DNA of 64,000 bases from an uncultured Nitrososphaeraceae archaeon (GCA_963765895.1 CAVXZB010000019.1:128001-192000); one strand, 5' to 3'; numbered from the stretch's first letter, positions 11,841 through 23,886 are shown. Made by a program: numbers and translations. The notes: generated by a model from the letters alone, not told the origin.

Positions 11841-12617
11841 TTATTCTGAATTTGATTGTTTTTCGAGCCCATCAAGTATAACCTTTAATGAGTTAGCAAG
11901 GTTTCTTCTATTATCGAATTCGTCTATAATGTTCTGCAAATGGTCTATATCTTTTTCTCGCTTTAGGGCAGTTATAGTATCTATCATTGTCGGCATAACT
12001 CTAATTACATTATCCACAATAGTGATATCTGCTGTCTTAGCTGTTCTAGACAGAGGATTTATGTCCAGAGCAATAACTTTTTTGCCCATATCCAAAAGCG
12101 CTTGGGTACAATCTCCATCCTCCATAGTTAGCATGATTACATCCGCCTTGTAAATACCGTTAGAATGCACAAATCTTCTGCTGCTTGTTAGTCCTGGAAC
12201 AAGAGCCGATTTATTTGAAAAGGAACCAAGACAATCCTTTGCACCTTTACTTTCAAGTTCTTGATTTATCAAGCGTTCTCTTTCCGAAGAGCGATGGAAA
12301 AGATTGATTTCTATACGTGCTGGTATTAAATTGCTTAGCATGACGATTTCTGTAGAACACAATGCGGCAAAATTTCCATTAACTGATATGACCGGAAACT
12401 TGGCAGTCAGAAGAGAGCAACATGCAGCATCTATCGCGCTGAAAGAAAACTTACTAGTATGTTCGCCCATCAAATAGTCGAAAGCTTCTCCTCTTCCATG
12501 AGCGATTAGGCCTTCTGAGACAACGAATCCCCTCTGAAAGCCATCCACTAATTGAGATCTAGTCTTGAGTGATATAAACCTGGGATGGTTTTGGGGGATG
12601 TCCGATTTCAATTTCAA
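11841..12617 (-). CDS. 4-phosphopantoate--beta-alanine ligase (archaeal phosphopantothenate synthetase)
   Basis: IAHGRGEAFDYLMGE, SVNGN, EINLFHRS, EDGD and DINPLSRTA; lies in the CoA operon. Confidence 0.93.
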   Translation of the reverse strand: MKLKSDIPQNHPRFISLKTRSQLVDGFQRGFVVSEGLIAHGRGEAFDYLMGEHTSKFSFSAIDAACCSLLTAKFPVISVNGNFAALCSTEIVMLSNLIPARIEINLFHRSSERERLINQELESKGAKDCLGSFSNKSALVPGLTSSRRFVHSNGIYKADVIMLTMEDGDCTQALLDMGKKVIALDINPLSRTAKTADITIVDNVIRVMPTMIDTITALKREKDIDHLQNIIDEFDNRRNLANSLKVILDGLEKQSNSE

Positions 12618-12618
12618 T

Positions 12619-13557
12619 TTAAACTTTCAGAACCATTGCTCCTGCGGTATTAACTTTGCATTCAATTAACGTACCACTAAGATCTCTTAAGCATCGCTTC
12701 GCTTCCCTTGCATCCTCACTTGGCACTAAGGTAAATATAGTCCTCCCGAATAAAGCCATCCCACAACCAAAGCCTGCTGATCTCAACCGCGTCATACCTA
12801 ATCTACATCTATTGTCAATAAACTGAAGGGAATTGGAAAAATCATAGGAAATACGCAAAAAGTTTTCTACAGTTGGCGTTTCTATGAACCTTTGCATTGC
12901 GGTTCTACCAAGTCTAGCCAACAATGGTCTATTCTCATCTGATGATAGAATCAATTTCGTAGAGATAGGAGCAACGCACAAGATAACAGCTGTGTAATTT
13001 GCTATCGGCATTTTCGTAACCGATCCTATTCCAGGAGCTCCGCACGCAGTCCTAATGTCAAAGCCTCCAGCAAATTCAGACATAACCGTACCTAGTCCTG
13101 TTTTGCAAACGATTTCGGCCTTGTGAGCAATTTGAGCAGCTGATTCTTTAGTCAAACCCAATTTTAATGCGTCATTCAGAGCATAAGAAAGACTCAGCGC
13201 ACCTGCTCCGCTCGCGCCCAGGCCAAATCCAATGGGAATTTCACTGTTGTGAGTTACGCTAATGTGCAGAGGTTTATCGACTAGCTTCAGAAAGTAGCGT
13301 ATGATCCATTTTGATACTTCATGTCTACCTGATGTGCGATTAGAAACAACAATATCGTAAGAAGCAGAATCCCCTTCAAAGATCCTTACCGTAGTGGTGA
13401 TTCCACTATCAATGCTGAATCCGACACCTGTTGATCCTTTATGAAGATCGTCATCTGGATTTTTCATGGCCAATTGGGGTTCAAAAAACCCAGTCACATG
13501 ACCAGGACTATAGGCCTTGGAGATTGAAATAGGTCTCGCAAGCTCAGATAGAGCCAT
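12619..13557 (-). CDS. Pantoate kinase (GHMP family)
   Basis: PGHVTGFF, KGSTGVG, PIGFGLGASGAGAL and AEIVCKTGLGTV; start placed at MALSE. Confidence 0.9.
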   Translation of the reverse strand: MALSELARPISISKAYSPGHVTGFFEPQLAMKNPDDDLHKGSTGVGFSIDSGITTTVRIFEGDSASYDIVVSNRTSGRHEVSKWIIRYFLKLVDKPLHISVTHNSEIPIGFGLGASGAGALSLSYALNDALKLGLTKESAAQIAHKAEIVCKTGLGTVMSEFAGGFDIRTACGAPGIGSVTKMPIANYTAVILCVAPISTKLILSSDENRPLLARLGRTAMQRFIETPTVENFLRISYDFSNSLQFIDNRCRLGMTRLRSAGFGCGMALFGRTIFTLVPSEDAREAKRCLRDLSGTLIECKVNTAGAMVLKV

Positions 13558-13622
13558 AATTATATAATGAAACATGAAAATATAAAAATACTGTTTAATT
13601 AGTATTAATTGATATATATAAA

Positions 13623-14636
13623 ATGAGTAGATACGCGCGAAGGATTCAGAAAGTTGGAAGCAGTATATTAATTTCACTTCCAAATGAGTGGATAAAGTTT
13701 AATAATTTGAAGAAAGGCACGACCCTATTAGTTGAAGTAAATAAAGATAATTCGATCTCAGTGTTTCCATCTGCTGATACGAGTGAAGTGGTCAAATCGG
13801 TTGTTATTCCTTACTCTTACGAGAATATGGATAATTTGATTAATCAGATCTATGGTGCTTATCTGCTTGGCTACGATATTATAAAGATTAAGGCAAGGAC
13901 CCAGATTAGATTCGAACATAGTGAAACTATAAAATTCGCGATGAGAAAGCTGGTCGGCTTAGAGATAGTTGACGAAGATACCTCAAATATAGAGTCTCAA
14001 TTCCTTATTGATACCAATTCACTTGATGCAGCGAAAATTCTAAAACGGATGAATACGATTGTTGCAGGAATGTACAGGGACATACTTGACGTCTTCATGA
14101 GTAAGAGTCCTGGAATAGCTAAACTTATTACAAGTAGAGATGATGAAGTAGATCGACAATATTTTCTGTTAGTGAGGCTGATACGAAGCGCAATGATGGA
14201 TCAAAAATTGGCTAGAAAGCTTAATTTGAGCAACATCGACATACTTGATTATAGGATAGCAGCAAATCATCTTGAAAGTGCCGGAGATTATATGGTAGAA
14301 TTTGCTTCATCCTTGCCGTATTTGTACAAAATGAACCTTCTTGAGCCGCTTAACAGTGTTTGTTCGTTCATGGAAGAGATGCAAATTAGATCTGTTACAG
14401 CTTTTGTAAACAAAAATAGTCTCGAATCAATCCAAGTTGTCAGAATGTACGACGAGTTTAACAGGTTAATGGATGTCGTCAAACAAAGGGTTTCCCGAGA
14501 AGATCAGGGAAGTTCGAAGTCAAACATAGCCTTGTTGAATTCCATTTATTCGTTAAACAATCTCGCGAGACTATGGGTCGATGTTGCCGATTTGGTAAAA
14601 CCCGCTTACTTAGTTGCTCCCTTAGGAAGTGGTTAA
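13623..14636 (+). CDS. AbrB-PhoU phosphate uptake regulator
   Basis: RRIQKVGSSILISLPNEW AbrB N-terminus, AYLLGYDII, RDDEVDRQYFLLVR and LESAGD. Confidence 0.9.
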   Translation: MSRYARRIQKVGSSILISLPNEWIKFNNLKKGTTLLVEVNKDNSISVFPSADTSEVVKSVVIPYSYENMDNLINQIYGAYLLGYDIIKIKARTQIRFEHSETIKFAMRKLVGLEIVDEDTSNIESQFLIDTNSLDAAKILKRMNTIVAGMYRDILDVFMSKSPGIAKLITSRDDEVDRQYFLLVRLIRSAMMDQKLARKLNLSNIDILDYRIAANHLESAGDYMVEFASSLPYLYKMNLLEPLNSVCSFMEEMQIRSVTAFVNKNSLESIQVVRMYDEFNRLMDVVKQRVSREDQGSSKSNIALLNSIYSLNNLARLWVDVADLVKPAYLVAPLGSG

Positions 14637-15117
14637 TCAAGCCTAAGTTAAAATACGTAGATTAATTCTGGCAATATAGGACTCCAATACACTTCTTTTT
14701 GGATGTTAGACCATTGACAGATTTGAGATAGGTAAGCAAAAGTAAAAGACAATGTCCAACCTTAATTCTGGTCTGACACTAAACAACACTAAAATATCTG
14801 AAAAAAGGCCTCCGAGGCATTCGATCTTAAACCTGTCCATTTGCTTAGCCAAACACAGATACACTAGTTTGAAGCGGCTCAGAGGTGTGAATCATTTTTA
14901 ACATAAATTTGGGCTCAAACTTACTCTACTCCAATTGAGCCTTTGAGCCCCTGTACCTTCATTTGCAATATCCATTTATTGCCATATATTAGATTCCTAG
15001 AGGTAAGAGAGCTCAAAACCATATAAGATATTTTCTACATAAAAAAATGTTTCAGTTTATAGAATCATGTCGCAGCTAGATCCCCGAAATCAGTTCATAC
15101 TTCATTCAATGGATGAT

Positions 15118-16164
15118 TCATTTGTTTGGGGTAGTAGTCGATAGAAATGTATTTACTATCTTACCAATCTCAGCCGGATATTGATTCATTACTGCGTGAC
15201 CAGCATTTTTAATCTGTACAAGCCAGGCTCCTGGAATTTTACTTGCAAGAATTAAAGCATTTCCATGCGGCATGTAGTTATTATCATCTGTTCCAGTTAT
15301 GACCAACGTGGGTTTTGCCAATTTAGCTTCCTTATCACAAGCACCACTCCAGTTTGTTTTCTCCCAACTACCTAGGTTATTCTGCTTATTCGCTATTTCA
15401 GGGGACAAACCAGGCTTCAATTGTTGTAATGATGTAGTGTTTGCTGGAATGACAGCAGATTCAGGATGCAGTTTAATCCATCCTGATCCTAACGAGGCAA
15501 CATTAAGCGCTTTCAATTCCTGAGTAGCGGGAATATTATGTAGAGATTTGTTTACAATATCAGCTTGCAATTTAAGAAATTCAGGTGGTTTAGGTATACC
15601 ATCTTTTCCGCCACATGTTGTAGCAACAAGTATTAGTCTGTTAACCTTTTCTGGATAGCTAATTGTAAATGCCTGAGCTATATGTCCTCCCAAAGAATAT
15701 CCCATAACATCTGCTTTTGGTATTTTCAGAGCATCAAGCAAACCAGCTGTATCGTTTGCTAGTTGCGGATAGGTATATGGTTTGGAACCAACTGTTGAAT
15801 TTGCAATTCCACGTTGATCAAACACAATCACTGTGTGATTTGAAGAAATACCCGTTAGAAAGGACGGATCCCAGGCATTCATATTATCAGAAGCGCCATT
15901 GAAAAGTATTAGAGGGTCGCCTTTGCCAAACATTTTGTACGCAACATCAATATCCCCTACATGAACTTTTTTTAATGGGATATTTTGTGTATTTACCGAA
16001 TTCTTAGAATTGGAATTCGTTTGGTCTGGACCTGATTGGCCGTAAACTACTTTAGTAATGTCAAAATAACGATAGTTACTGCTTGATAGGCTTGTAATAA
16101 CAAGAGTAGATATTACTGCAATAAGGACTAGATTATCTTTTCTAATAGGTCTGTGAGTCGGCAC
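15118..16164 (-). CDS. Secreted/membrane-anchored alpha/beta hydrolase
   Basis: N-terminal hydrophobic segment, FDQRGIANS, GYSLGG nucleophile elbow and NAGH. Confidence 0.85.
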   Translation of the reverse strand: MPTHRPIRKDNLVLIAVISTLVITSLSSSNYRYFDITKVVYGQSGPDQTNSNSKNSVNTQNIPLKKVHVGDIDVAYKMFGKGDPLILFNGASDNMNAWDPSFLTGISSNHTVIVFDQRGIANSTVGSKPYTYPQLANDTAGLLDALKIPKADVMGYSLGGHIAQAFTISYPEKVNRLILVATTCGGKDGIPKPPEFLKLQADIVNKSLHNIPATQELKALNVASLGSGWIKLHPESAVIPANTTSLQQLKPGLSPEIANKQNNLGSWEKTNWSGACDKEAKLAKPTLVITGTDDNNYMPHGNALILASKIPGAWLVQIKNAGHAVMNQYPAEIGKIVNTFLSTTTPNK

Positions 16165-16871
16165 GAACCCTATTTACGCTGAGACGTATTTAAAGTAAAT
16201 CTGACTTACAAAAAGAGTTGTCCACTCGTAAATTATCATAAATTGAGGAGATGTGGGTTATTAAAGTACAACTCTTGATAAATATAAGACATTACGATAC
16301 TTCCTGTTGTAATTCGGATTGACTAGAGTCACGGTCTTGAATGACTGGATCTTCGTACTATAGTTAATGATATTGTTGGCTGACTTTCTTGAGGATACTA
16401 AATCTTTTGAACCCATTTTAAAGTGGCGGAAGGTGTATGAATCAAATTTGACATATTCTCTTAATTGGGATCTAACTACCAAATAGTACCATATGCGTAT
16501 CCTTCTCCAGCACCACTGCGTTGTAATACAGATTATTAGCCGCGCGCCTCATGATATAAGGCATAAATAAATTTTATCACTATCCTGGAACCTTAGTCTG
16601 TACCTGGGACGAAGTGTTTTCGATAAAGTTTAAAACCCGGCACCCTACGTATTAGGTTATAACGCTATTTCCAAGATAATTATGCCGGATGTGTTAAAAA
16701 GTCCGATGCGTTAAACGTATTGGTATTAAATGGAGCTGAATACTGCCGACGTGTCTCCGGAGCCTTGAAGCATACATAAATTGTGATAAAGGGTTAACCT
16801 CTTGCTCTAAAGCTATTTCAGATTTAAATTATGTGATATCAAAGGGCCCAAATAAATGGACAAGTTTGAAG

Positions 16872-16964
16872 CGGGCCCGGAGGGATTTGAACCCTCGACC
16901 TGACGCTTAGGAGGCGTCCACGCTATCCATTTTTCGCCCAAGTTTTGGTCTGCGCTACAAGCCC
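16872..16964 (-). tRNA. tRNA-Arg (anticodon CCT) with ~18-nt insertion in the D-loop
   Basis: Minus strand: acceptor GGGCTTG/CGGGCCC, D-stem GCGC/GCGT, anticodon arm GACGC-CTCCTAA-GCGTC, T-arm GAGGG-TTCAAAT-CCCTC; 93 nt total; TATA-like TTTAAA ~25 nt upstream. Confidence 0.9.
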
Positions 16965-17235
16965 ACTAGATTTTGCGTCCAAGCGCCAATTTAAATATTT
17001 AATCTAGAATCGATGTGACCTAGGACGAAGATAGGATATAGACAGAGGAGATTATATTGTCTATTGTTCTCATCGGTAGTATTAGCAATCTGATGACCCC
17101 GTTTATCCCCCCTGAGAAATTGGATTATAGCAAATTTTCCTAGAATATAGAGAATCCTGCGTATTCCTCATACACATTTACGTATCTAGTCAGGTGTAGC
17201 AATAATATATATATACAATGTTATGGGAATCTTTC

Positions 17236-18403
17236 ATGGCTAAAAAAATTAGGGTTGCAATAGCCGGAATAGGAAATTGTGCCTCAGCCCTAGGTACAGG
17301 GTATTAATTATTATCATACAAATAGAAGCGATACTCGTCTAAAATCTGATGATACGGTCAAGTATAACAGTAACCGTGATGACGCTGAATCCAATATAGA
17401 TAAAAAAAATATTGACAATAACGGCACAAATGGATTAGGACTGACTGCTTATAATTTAGGGGGCTATGACCCAGATGATGTTGAATTCGTAGCTGCATTT
17501 GACGTTATTGAATCGAAAGTCGGTAAGGATTTATCCCAAGCAATATTTGCCGAGCCAAATAATACTGTTTTCACTTCTGATGTTGATAAGATGGATGTAA
17601 AGGTACAAAAAGCTGAAGTATTGGATGGCATAGGTGACCATTACCGTGGGAAAGTGCAGATATCAAACCAAGCATCTGCTGATGTAGCGCAAACGTTGAA
17701 AGATACACATGCAGAAATATTGTTAAATTATCTGCCAGTAGGAAGTAGGGACGCAACTAAATTCTATGCTGAAAAGTGTCTTGAGACTGGGGTGTGTTTC
17801 ATTAATGCTATTCCTGTGTTTGTTGCATCTTCGCCAAAGTGGCAGCAGGCGTTTGATAATAAAGGTATTCCATGTGCAGGAGACGACGTAATGAGTCAAA
17901 TTGGAGCGACTGTTGTCCACAAGACACTAGCAAAATTATTTGTGGATAGGGGAGTCAACATAGATGAGACATATCAATTAAACATTGGTGGTGATATGGA
18001 TTTTTATAACATGCTTGATGAAGATAGATTAGAAGACAAAAGGATTAGCAAAACTAGCGCTGTAGCGGCGATGGCACCTTACGATGTTCCAATGAGAATC
18101 GGACCGTCTGATTATGTGAGTTTCTTAAAAAATGATAAAATATCGTACATTTATCTTCGGGGAAAATATTTCGGTAATATCCCAGTTGAAGTCGATCTTA
18201 AGCTAAGAGTTGTTGATGCTTATAATAGTGCTGGTATTATGATTGACGCAATCAGGGGCGCGAAGGTGGCTCTCGACAGGGGAATTTCAGGGTCATTAGA
18301 AAGTGTCTCCGCGTATTGTTTCAAGCACCCACCCAAGCAAATGTCATATAACCAAGCCAAGAAGAATTTCATAGATTTTATAGAAGGCAGTATAGAAATT
18401 TGA
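17236..18403 (+). CDS. ino1: myo-inositol-1-phosphate synthase, +1 frameshift at ~17293
   Basis: MAKKIRVAIAGIGNCASAL..VQG, AAFDV, NYLPVGS, GDDVMSQIGAT, YQLNIGGDMDF, SKT and IGPSDYV. Confidence 0.92.
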
Positions 18404-18711
18404 AGTAATGAGAAATTCATATATGGTATAACAATCCTTACCAGCTTTACCAAAGAAGGTTTCTATTGAGGCTGTCAAGCAACCCGAAGATAGGTTGAGG
18501 GCGAAATAATAGATCCCTTTCTCAAGATGCTATAGTTCTGAAATCTAACAAGTTGAATTATTAGTAGCGCAAGTATTAAACAAACGCCTTATTGATCAAG
18601 TCGCTACAATCATTATACTCCCAAGTTCTAGTACTAGGATCTTACCTTAGGCTTGAGTAATATCTGCTAGAATCGTGCCCATAGTAAATAGACAACTGAC
18701 TTATTTCAACT

Positions 18712-19490
18712 CTATAAAGACTTTAGTGCAAATATTGCCTTAACCTGGACTATCTCAAAGCCCAAATTTCTGTAAATATTAATAGTATTTTCGTTTGCTA
18801 ACGAATGAACGATAAGATATTCGGAATCCATCAGTCTCTCAGAAGCGACAGCGAATCTAATCATTCTAGTTGCAATACCCTTTCGCCTGAATGGTTTTAA
18901 AGTACCTAAGCAATATAGACCAGTTATATTATGAAATTTATATAATAACATGCATCCTACAGGATTATTTGGTTTTTCTGGAATATGCGCTATAATTAGT
19001 GCAAGATTACTTTTGTTGCGTTTAATAATTTTGTCTACTTCGTCTTTCCAGGTTGGAACAGAAAACGTATCGCAAAAAACCCTGACCCATAGTTCTGTTT
19101 CATGTTGCACTTGGAAGTTGATACGAAGAGATGGCCTTCCATGATCGCTGGTAATATCAGGATTGTTAACTATCTTTAGTACATGTACATACTATCAATT
19201 GATCGGAATCCTCTTTCCAAAAGCAACGAAATTAAAGGATAGTTATCTGAGGTATATGGAATATGAACATAAAGATCATGTTTATTTTTTGAACATATCT
19301 CTAAAGCCTCACCAAGTGCATCTTCGATTTCGCAAAATTGGAGGTTGTTTAACCTATTAAAAAAATAGTCTCCTCTTAGTTTGTCATTAAAAAATAGATT
19401 GGCACAGTCGTCAATTCTTTGAAAAGTTGTCCACAATGAACAAAACTTGTTCTCGTTGTCTTCTATACAATTGTCAGTAATAAAGGCCAA
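18712..19490 (-). CDS. GNAT-family acetyltransferase (~260 aa), frameshifted at ~19183
   Basis: C-terminal GLYCLGTLKPFRRKGIAT acetyl-CoA motif and IYRNLGF; removing 2 nt joins the two ORFs. Confidence 0.8.
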
Positions 19491-20619
19491 ATATATCTGT
19501 CATCTTAGAAAGGATAGTTCTGTCGATACCATTAGTTATTCCCTCTAATAAGATATTGAGTGCCCCTTGAGTGTCAAAGTCATTATCTAAGCATGTTTGG
19601 AATTTCTCAAAAATTTTGTTACTGTAACTAATACAACCAGAGTCATTTTCTGAAATGATGGACTCTGCAATAAGCTTGTTAATGGAAACATATTTTTTAA
19701 GATGGGTTCTGGAAAAGGCTAGATCTTCACGATAGTGCTTAGACAAGAGGTAGAGCTTAATAACGTTAGGTAAGAATTCTCTTGCCAGATCTCTTATCTT
19801 TAGCGTGTTTGATAGTGAATTAGACATCTTATTCCCTCTTATAGTAACCGTGCCTACATGACTCCACCACTTTACAGGTCTAGCGAGATTAGTAAGTGCC
19901 CTTAATTGTCCAAGAATAGTTTCGTGATGAGGATAAATCAGTTCTATGCCGCCCCCGTGAATATCATAACGACCTTCAAAAATTGAAATTGCTATCGATG
20001 CATCTTGGATATGCCACCACGGTATACCATTTCCGAAAGCAGGGTCGTAAAATTGCTGACATGAAAGATTAATTGAGTTCCACAGAAGGATGTCCCCTGG
20101 GTTACGTTTGTTTGCCGCTATATCAATCCTGAGTTCTTTGATTTTGTCATACGACATGCCAGACATTTCTCCGTATCGGAGAACTTTTCGAACATCTATA
20201 TAGATATTGCCGGATGCTGAGTACGCTAGCTTCTCGCTAGATAACTTCTTGATGAGGACAATAGCGACATTAACATAATCTGATACCCTGGCTAGAAGGA
20301 AAGATCCGCCAATCTGCAACAGAGACATGTCGTGCAGCAATTCAATCATGAATTTATCCGAGACAGCCTGGGTTGAATTGCCAATCCCTATCGCCTTTGC
20401 AGAGATTTTTGGATCTATGTCTGTGATGGTAACAACAGTCATAGTGTGAAAGCCCTTGTAAATAAAATATCTGGTCATTAGGTCATAAAAATATAACACT
20501 CGGGCATGTCCCAGATGACACAATTCATATAAAGTTGGGCCACAAACGAGGATTTTAATCTGTTCTGGATAGGGTCCCAACCTGATCCTTTTCATCCTCA
20601 ATGTATCAAACAATTTCAT
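19474..20619 (-). CDS. Truncated cysteinyl-tRNA synthetase paralogue (class I aaRS catalytic domain)
   Basis: CGPTLY, HLGH, ITDIDPK, WWHIQD, DIHGGG..LIYPHHE, KMSNS and DNDFDT; ends at ~380 aa without the usual C-terminal anticodon-binding extension. Confidence 0.85.
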   Translation of the reverse strand: MKLFDTLRMKRIRLGPYPEQIKILVCGPTLYELCHLGHARVLYFYDLMTRYFIYKGFHTMTVVTITDIDPKISAKAIGIGNSTQAVSDKFMIELLHDMSLLQIGGSFLLARVSDYVNVAIVLIKKLSSEKLAYSASGNIYIDVRKVLRYGEMSGMSYDKIKELRIDIAANKRNPGDILLWNSINLSCQQFYDPAFGNGIPWWHIQDASIAISIFEGRYDIHGGGIELIYPHHETILGQLRALTNLARPVKWWSHVGTVTIRGNKMSNSLSNTLKIRDLAREFLPNVIKLYLLSKHYREDLAFSRTHLKKYVSINKLIAESIISENDSGCISYSNKIFEKFQTCLDNDFDTQGALNILLEGITNGIDRTILSKMTDIFGLYY

Positions 20620-20848
20620 AATTAGATTCTGGACTGTACCACATAATGATAATAATAACTGCATAGAACAATCAATAGTAAATGACCAAGAAAGGTTTTA
20701 TTTATCTGCAATATTTGTATTTCTATCTTCAATTGAAAATCCATTTCAGAGATCGGTTGCTTGGAAAGCTACGTCAAGGTACGCTAGCCATGGGCATAAA
20801 ATCTATATTGATTATTCATTTTTACCCACAGTGGATGGTGGCCGCCGT

Positions 20849-21100
20849 ATGAGGCTAGAGAAAAAAATAAACCCCAAAGATATGATCTTCCATTTGAATA
20901 CATTGGATCTCGATGATGGAATAAGGATAGATGGCGTTAAGAAGAAAATCTTTGTAAATAAGACCGATGTGCATGAATTCATACTGCAAATTAAAGAAGA
21001 CAATGGAAGCGAGCAAATATCCTATCATAGAACTGCCTCTGGCGTGATGCGATTGGTTAATGCCACCCTTAAAGGAAAGTTTTCAGTTTCTACTTACTGA
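20849..21100 (+). CDS. Small hypothetical protein
   Basis: Clean ORF divergent from the CysRS-like gene, followed by a T-tract. Confidence 0.6.
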   Translation: MRLEKKINPKDMIFHLNTLDLDDGIRIDGVKKKIFVNKTDVHEFILQIKEDNGSEQISYHRTASGVMRLVNATLKGKFSVSTY

Positions 21101-21880
21101 TGGTTTTTGGCAAGAATAGGAATCTCATCGACATGATCTGGTGTACTGGGTTGCCTAAACATTAAGATCGAAATTCAGGATTAACATTTTTGGATATCTT
21201 ATAGATTAATGAAGGAACGATGGGTCTATAGCAAGTTTGCCGATGACATCGAGAGGAACCTAATATCGTATGAAACTATTAATGAATTTTAGTGCTAATG
21301 TAATCTAAAACCAGCCCATCCAATCGTAGTTCATTCCGGCACTACACTACTCTTGGTCTTTATTGTTATTTTGAGATAAGTCGGGACTGGCAAAATAGGT
21401 TAGAGATAGCTAAGTCTAAAGTTGAAATATCGATTATAATACTCATGAGGGGCTATCTCATTATAAAATTTGGAGACGCATGATTCGAAGTGTCCTACAT
21501 TGATAAAATTTGCCCTGGTGCATAAAACCATGGAACGTTAATTCTTATTAACACACGCTCCTTCCACAAATCATGAACATATATTTCTCATAGGTCATAC
21601 ATATTCTCGTCTGCAGGATGTATAAGGTGGCAAAAAAATGTCCTTTAAGAATAAAAATACGGGGCAGCCGTGCCAATAAGTGTAAAATCGCACCTGAAGC
21701 GTCATGACTTGGTTAGATTGATTGTCTGGTGATCGTATCCGAATAGAGATCATTTAAATTACGCTGGCATACATCCAATCGTCGACGATTAGCATTCGCA
21801 ATGCTCAATAAACAGAATTAGCCTCATGAATAAGCAAGTTAGAAATACTCGTAAAGCACCTAAATACTGAATGTTACCGA

Positions 21881-22186
21881 TTATCTAGCCCTTGTAATAG
21901 AAACTTCAATTGTAGAAACATTTCTTGTTCGGCCGTCATCAGACTGTATGATTTCGGTTCCCACCTTCACCGGACCTACCTTGTATCCAAGCGTATCCAT
22001 ACGCTTAACAATTATTTGAGCGACGTCAACTGCCCTAGTTATGCTCTTACCTCTTGCCTTTATAACTACCATTGGTTCATTTGCTAACTGTACTAATGTA
22101 GCAGTCACGTATGTCATAAGTGGTTTCTTTCCTATGAAAATCTCATTGCTTGCTTTGCCTGAAATGCGCGCATTTGTAGAGGACAT
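21881..22186 (-). CDS. albA: Chromatin protein Alba
   Basis: IFIGKKPLMTYV, IKARGKSITRAVDVA and RNVSTIEV. Confidence 0.96.
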   Translation of the reverse strand: MSSTNARISGKASNEIFIGKKPLMTYVTATLVQLANEPMVVIKARGKSITRAVDVAQIIVKRMDTLGYKVGPVKVGTEIIQSDDGRTRNVSTIEVSITRAR

Positions 22187-23886
22187 CGCGTTAAGTTATG
22201 CCTGTCAGTGAGATATATAATGTTTGTTAATGCCACAAATCTATAATCCTTCGAATTGCAATCCAGGTGAGGACCGTTAAGTGATAGGGGACTTAAATGG
22301 ATCTATCGTATTTAATTAACTAATTTTGTTTACCTAGTGTCATACTAGGACATAGCGATCGTCGGGTTCTTTATTGCTATTAGTTAGTAATCCTAGGATT
22401 TTTCAATTTAGGTAATTTTCAGAAGCTGATTTTGAAAACGCAAATTTTTCATTGGATCCTGTTCATTATCTAACCTAAGTCATATTTCAAACGCATAACT
22501 GTCAAATTCATGCATGCGGGCGTGTTGCCTATCAGTTTATATATAAATTTATGGAGGGCTGCGTTTTAAACTCATCATTTGATGTAAATTCGATAAAAGC
22601 TAAATAACATTCAATTATACCTGGATGTTAGTTCTTCAGATGACCCCCCTATGCATTTCGTCAAAAAATTGGAGTTGTACGACGATACTTCAACATCTCT
22701 TTTAATTTCATTTATAAAACAACTCAAAAATTATATTTGTCCAGTTATCGCACCATATTCCGTAATCGTTATTCTATTTTATTGACGTTTCTCTAACAGA
22801 TATCTCTACTTATCGAACGCTGGCCTGAATATATTGCATACAAATGCAGTAGATGTAATCAAGGTTAGTCATGTAATAAAGTTGAAATTGAAATGACATC
22901 ACCTTAACCAAAGTAGAGCTTCACAATTTGGAACACTTGGTATCGAATGGAAGCAGGAGATGGCGATCTAGTGTTTGCTGCGATCTCAAACCCTCCTGCC
23001 TACGGTGATCTTCTCCAAGTTAGGTCTGTTCGGTAGGTACCGACTCTATGATAGTGGTGATCTAGTAGTCAGTATCGTTATTACAAATCAATAGCTATTT
23101 TTCATTCTGTTTGAATCATAACTTTTGCGGCTAAATCAACCTGACGTGAACTAGCGAGTGAAATAAACTTCCTTTGGCTGGTTTGTGTGGTGACATAATA
23201 ATAGTGACTTATTCGAGATTATGGCATACCTTCTTATGATTTGATTGATTCCTAAAGTTAAGTTTTTTAGTTTGTTGGATAACTGCCATCTCATTTCGAA
23301 TTTGCTAGAATAAGACTGTACGCATCTTAGGCTAGACAGATTCAGTCAGACTTGATCATCTATGCCGGATAGCGCTAATTCAACATAGTAATAAATAGTC
23401 CAGCAGTTTTACAGTCATCACGATGGAAGGCTTGTCATTCTGCATTTGATGTTTTCGAGTATCTAGTAAAAAATACCCTGCATATCCTTCATCGCTCTAT
23501 TGCTTCTGTTTATACAATCGACAGAGCAGTCGATAAATACATTCCGATCCAGAACTCCATTTCCTTAAATTTGGACTGTTCATTAACCGATCCATATTAT
23601 AAATTGCTTAACTAATCACTGTTCCCCAATCCGAGGAGTGTTCGACATACAGGGTAGTGCTAGTAAGGTATGCACATCAAGTTAATTGGTTAAGACACCC
23701 TGGTTAGCCATTCCTCTAAATGTGATTAATTCATATGAAAGCTTTATAACAGACGGTCACCGCTTCCCAAAATATAATAAATACCTCTGAAAATTAAACG
23801 CCAGTAAGCTCGATAGACCACTCATCGGTAAAGGTTTATACGATATGGCTGTTCCGATCGACGGATCAGTAATGATAGCATAACCA

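Noticed and set aside
9679-13557. PanB clustered with archaeal PoK/PPS/CoaBC as a novelty
   Set aside because: This is the established archaeal CoA route.
16500-17200. Integrated element at tRNA-Arg
   Set aside because: No integrase and no duplicated tRNA 3' end seen in the window.
22250-23850. 1.6-kb ORF-free region, possibly a decayed sensor or regulator gene
   Set aside because: Only scattered protein-like fragments; no family assignable by eye.
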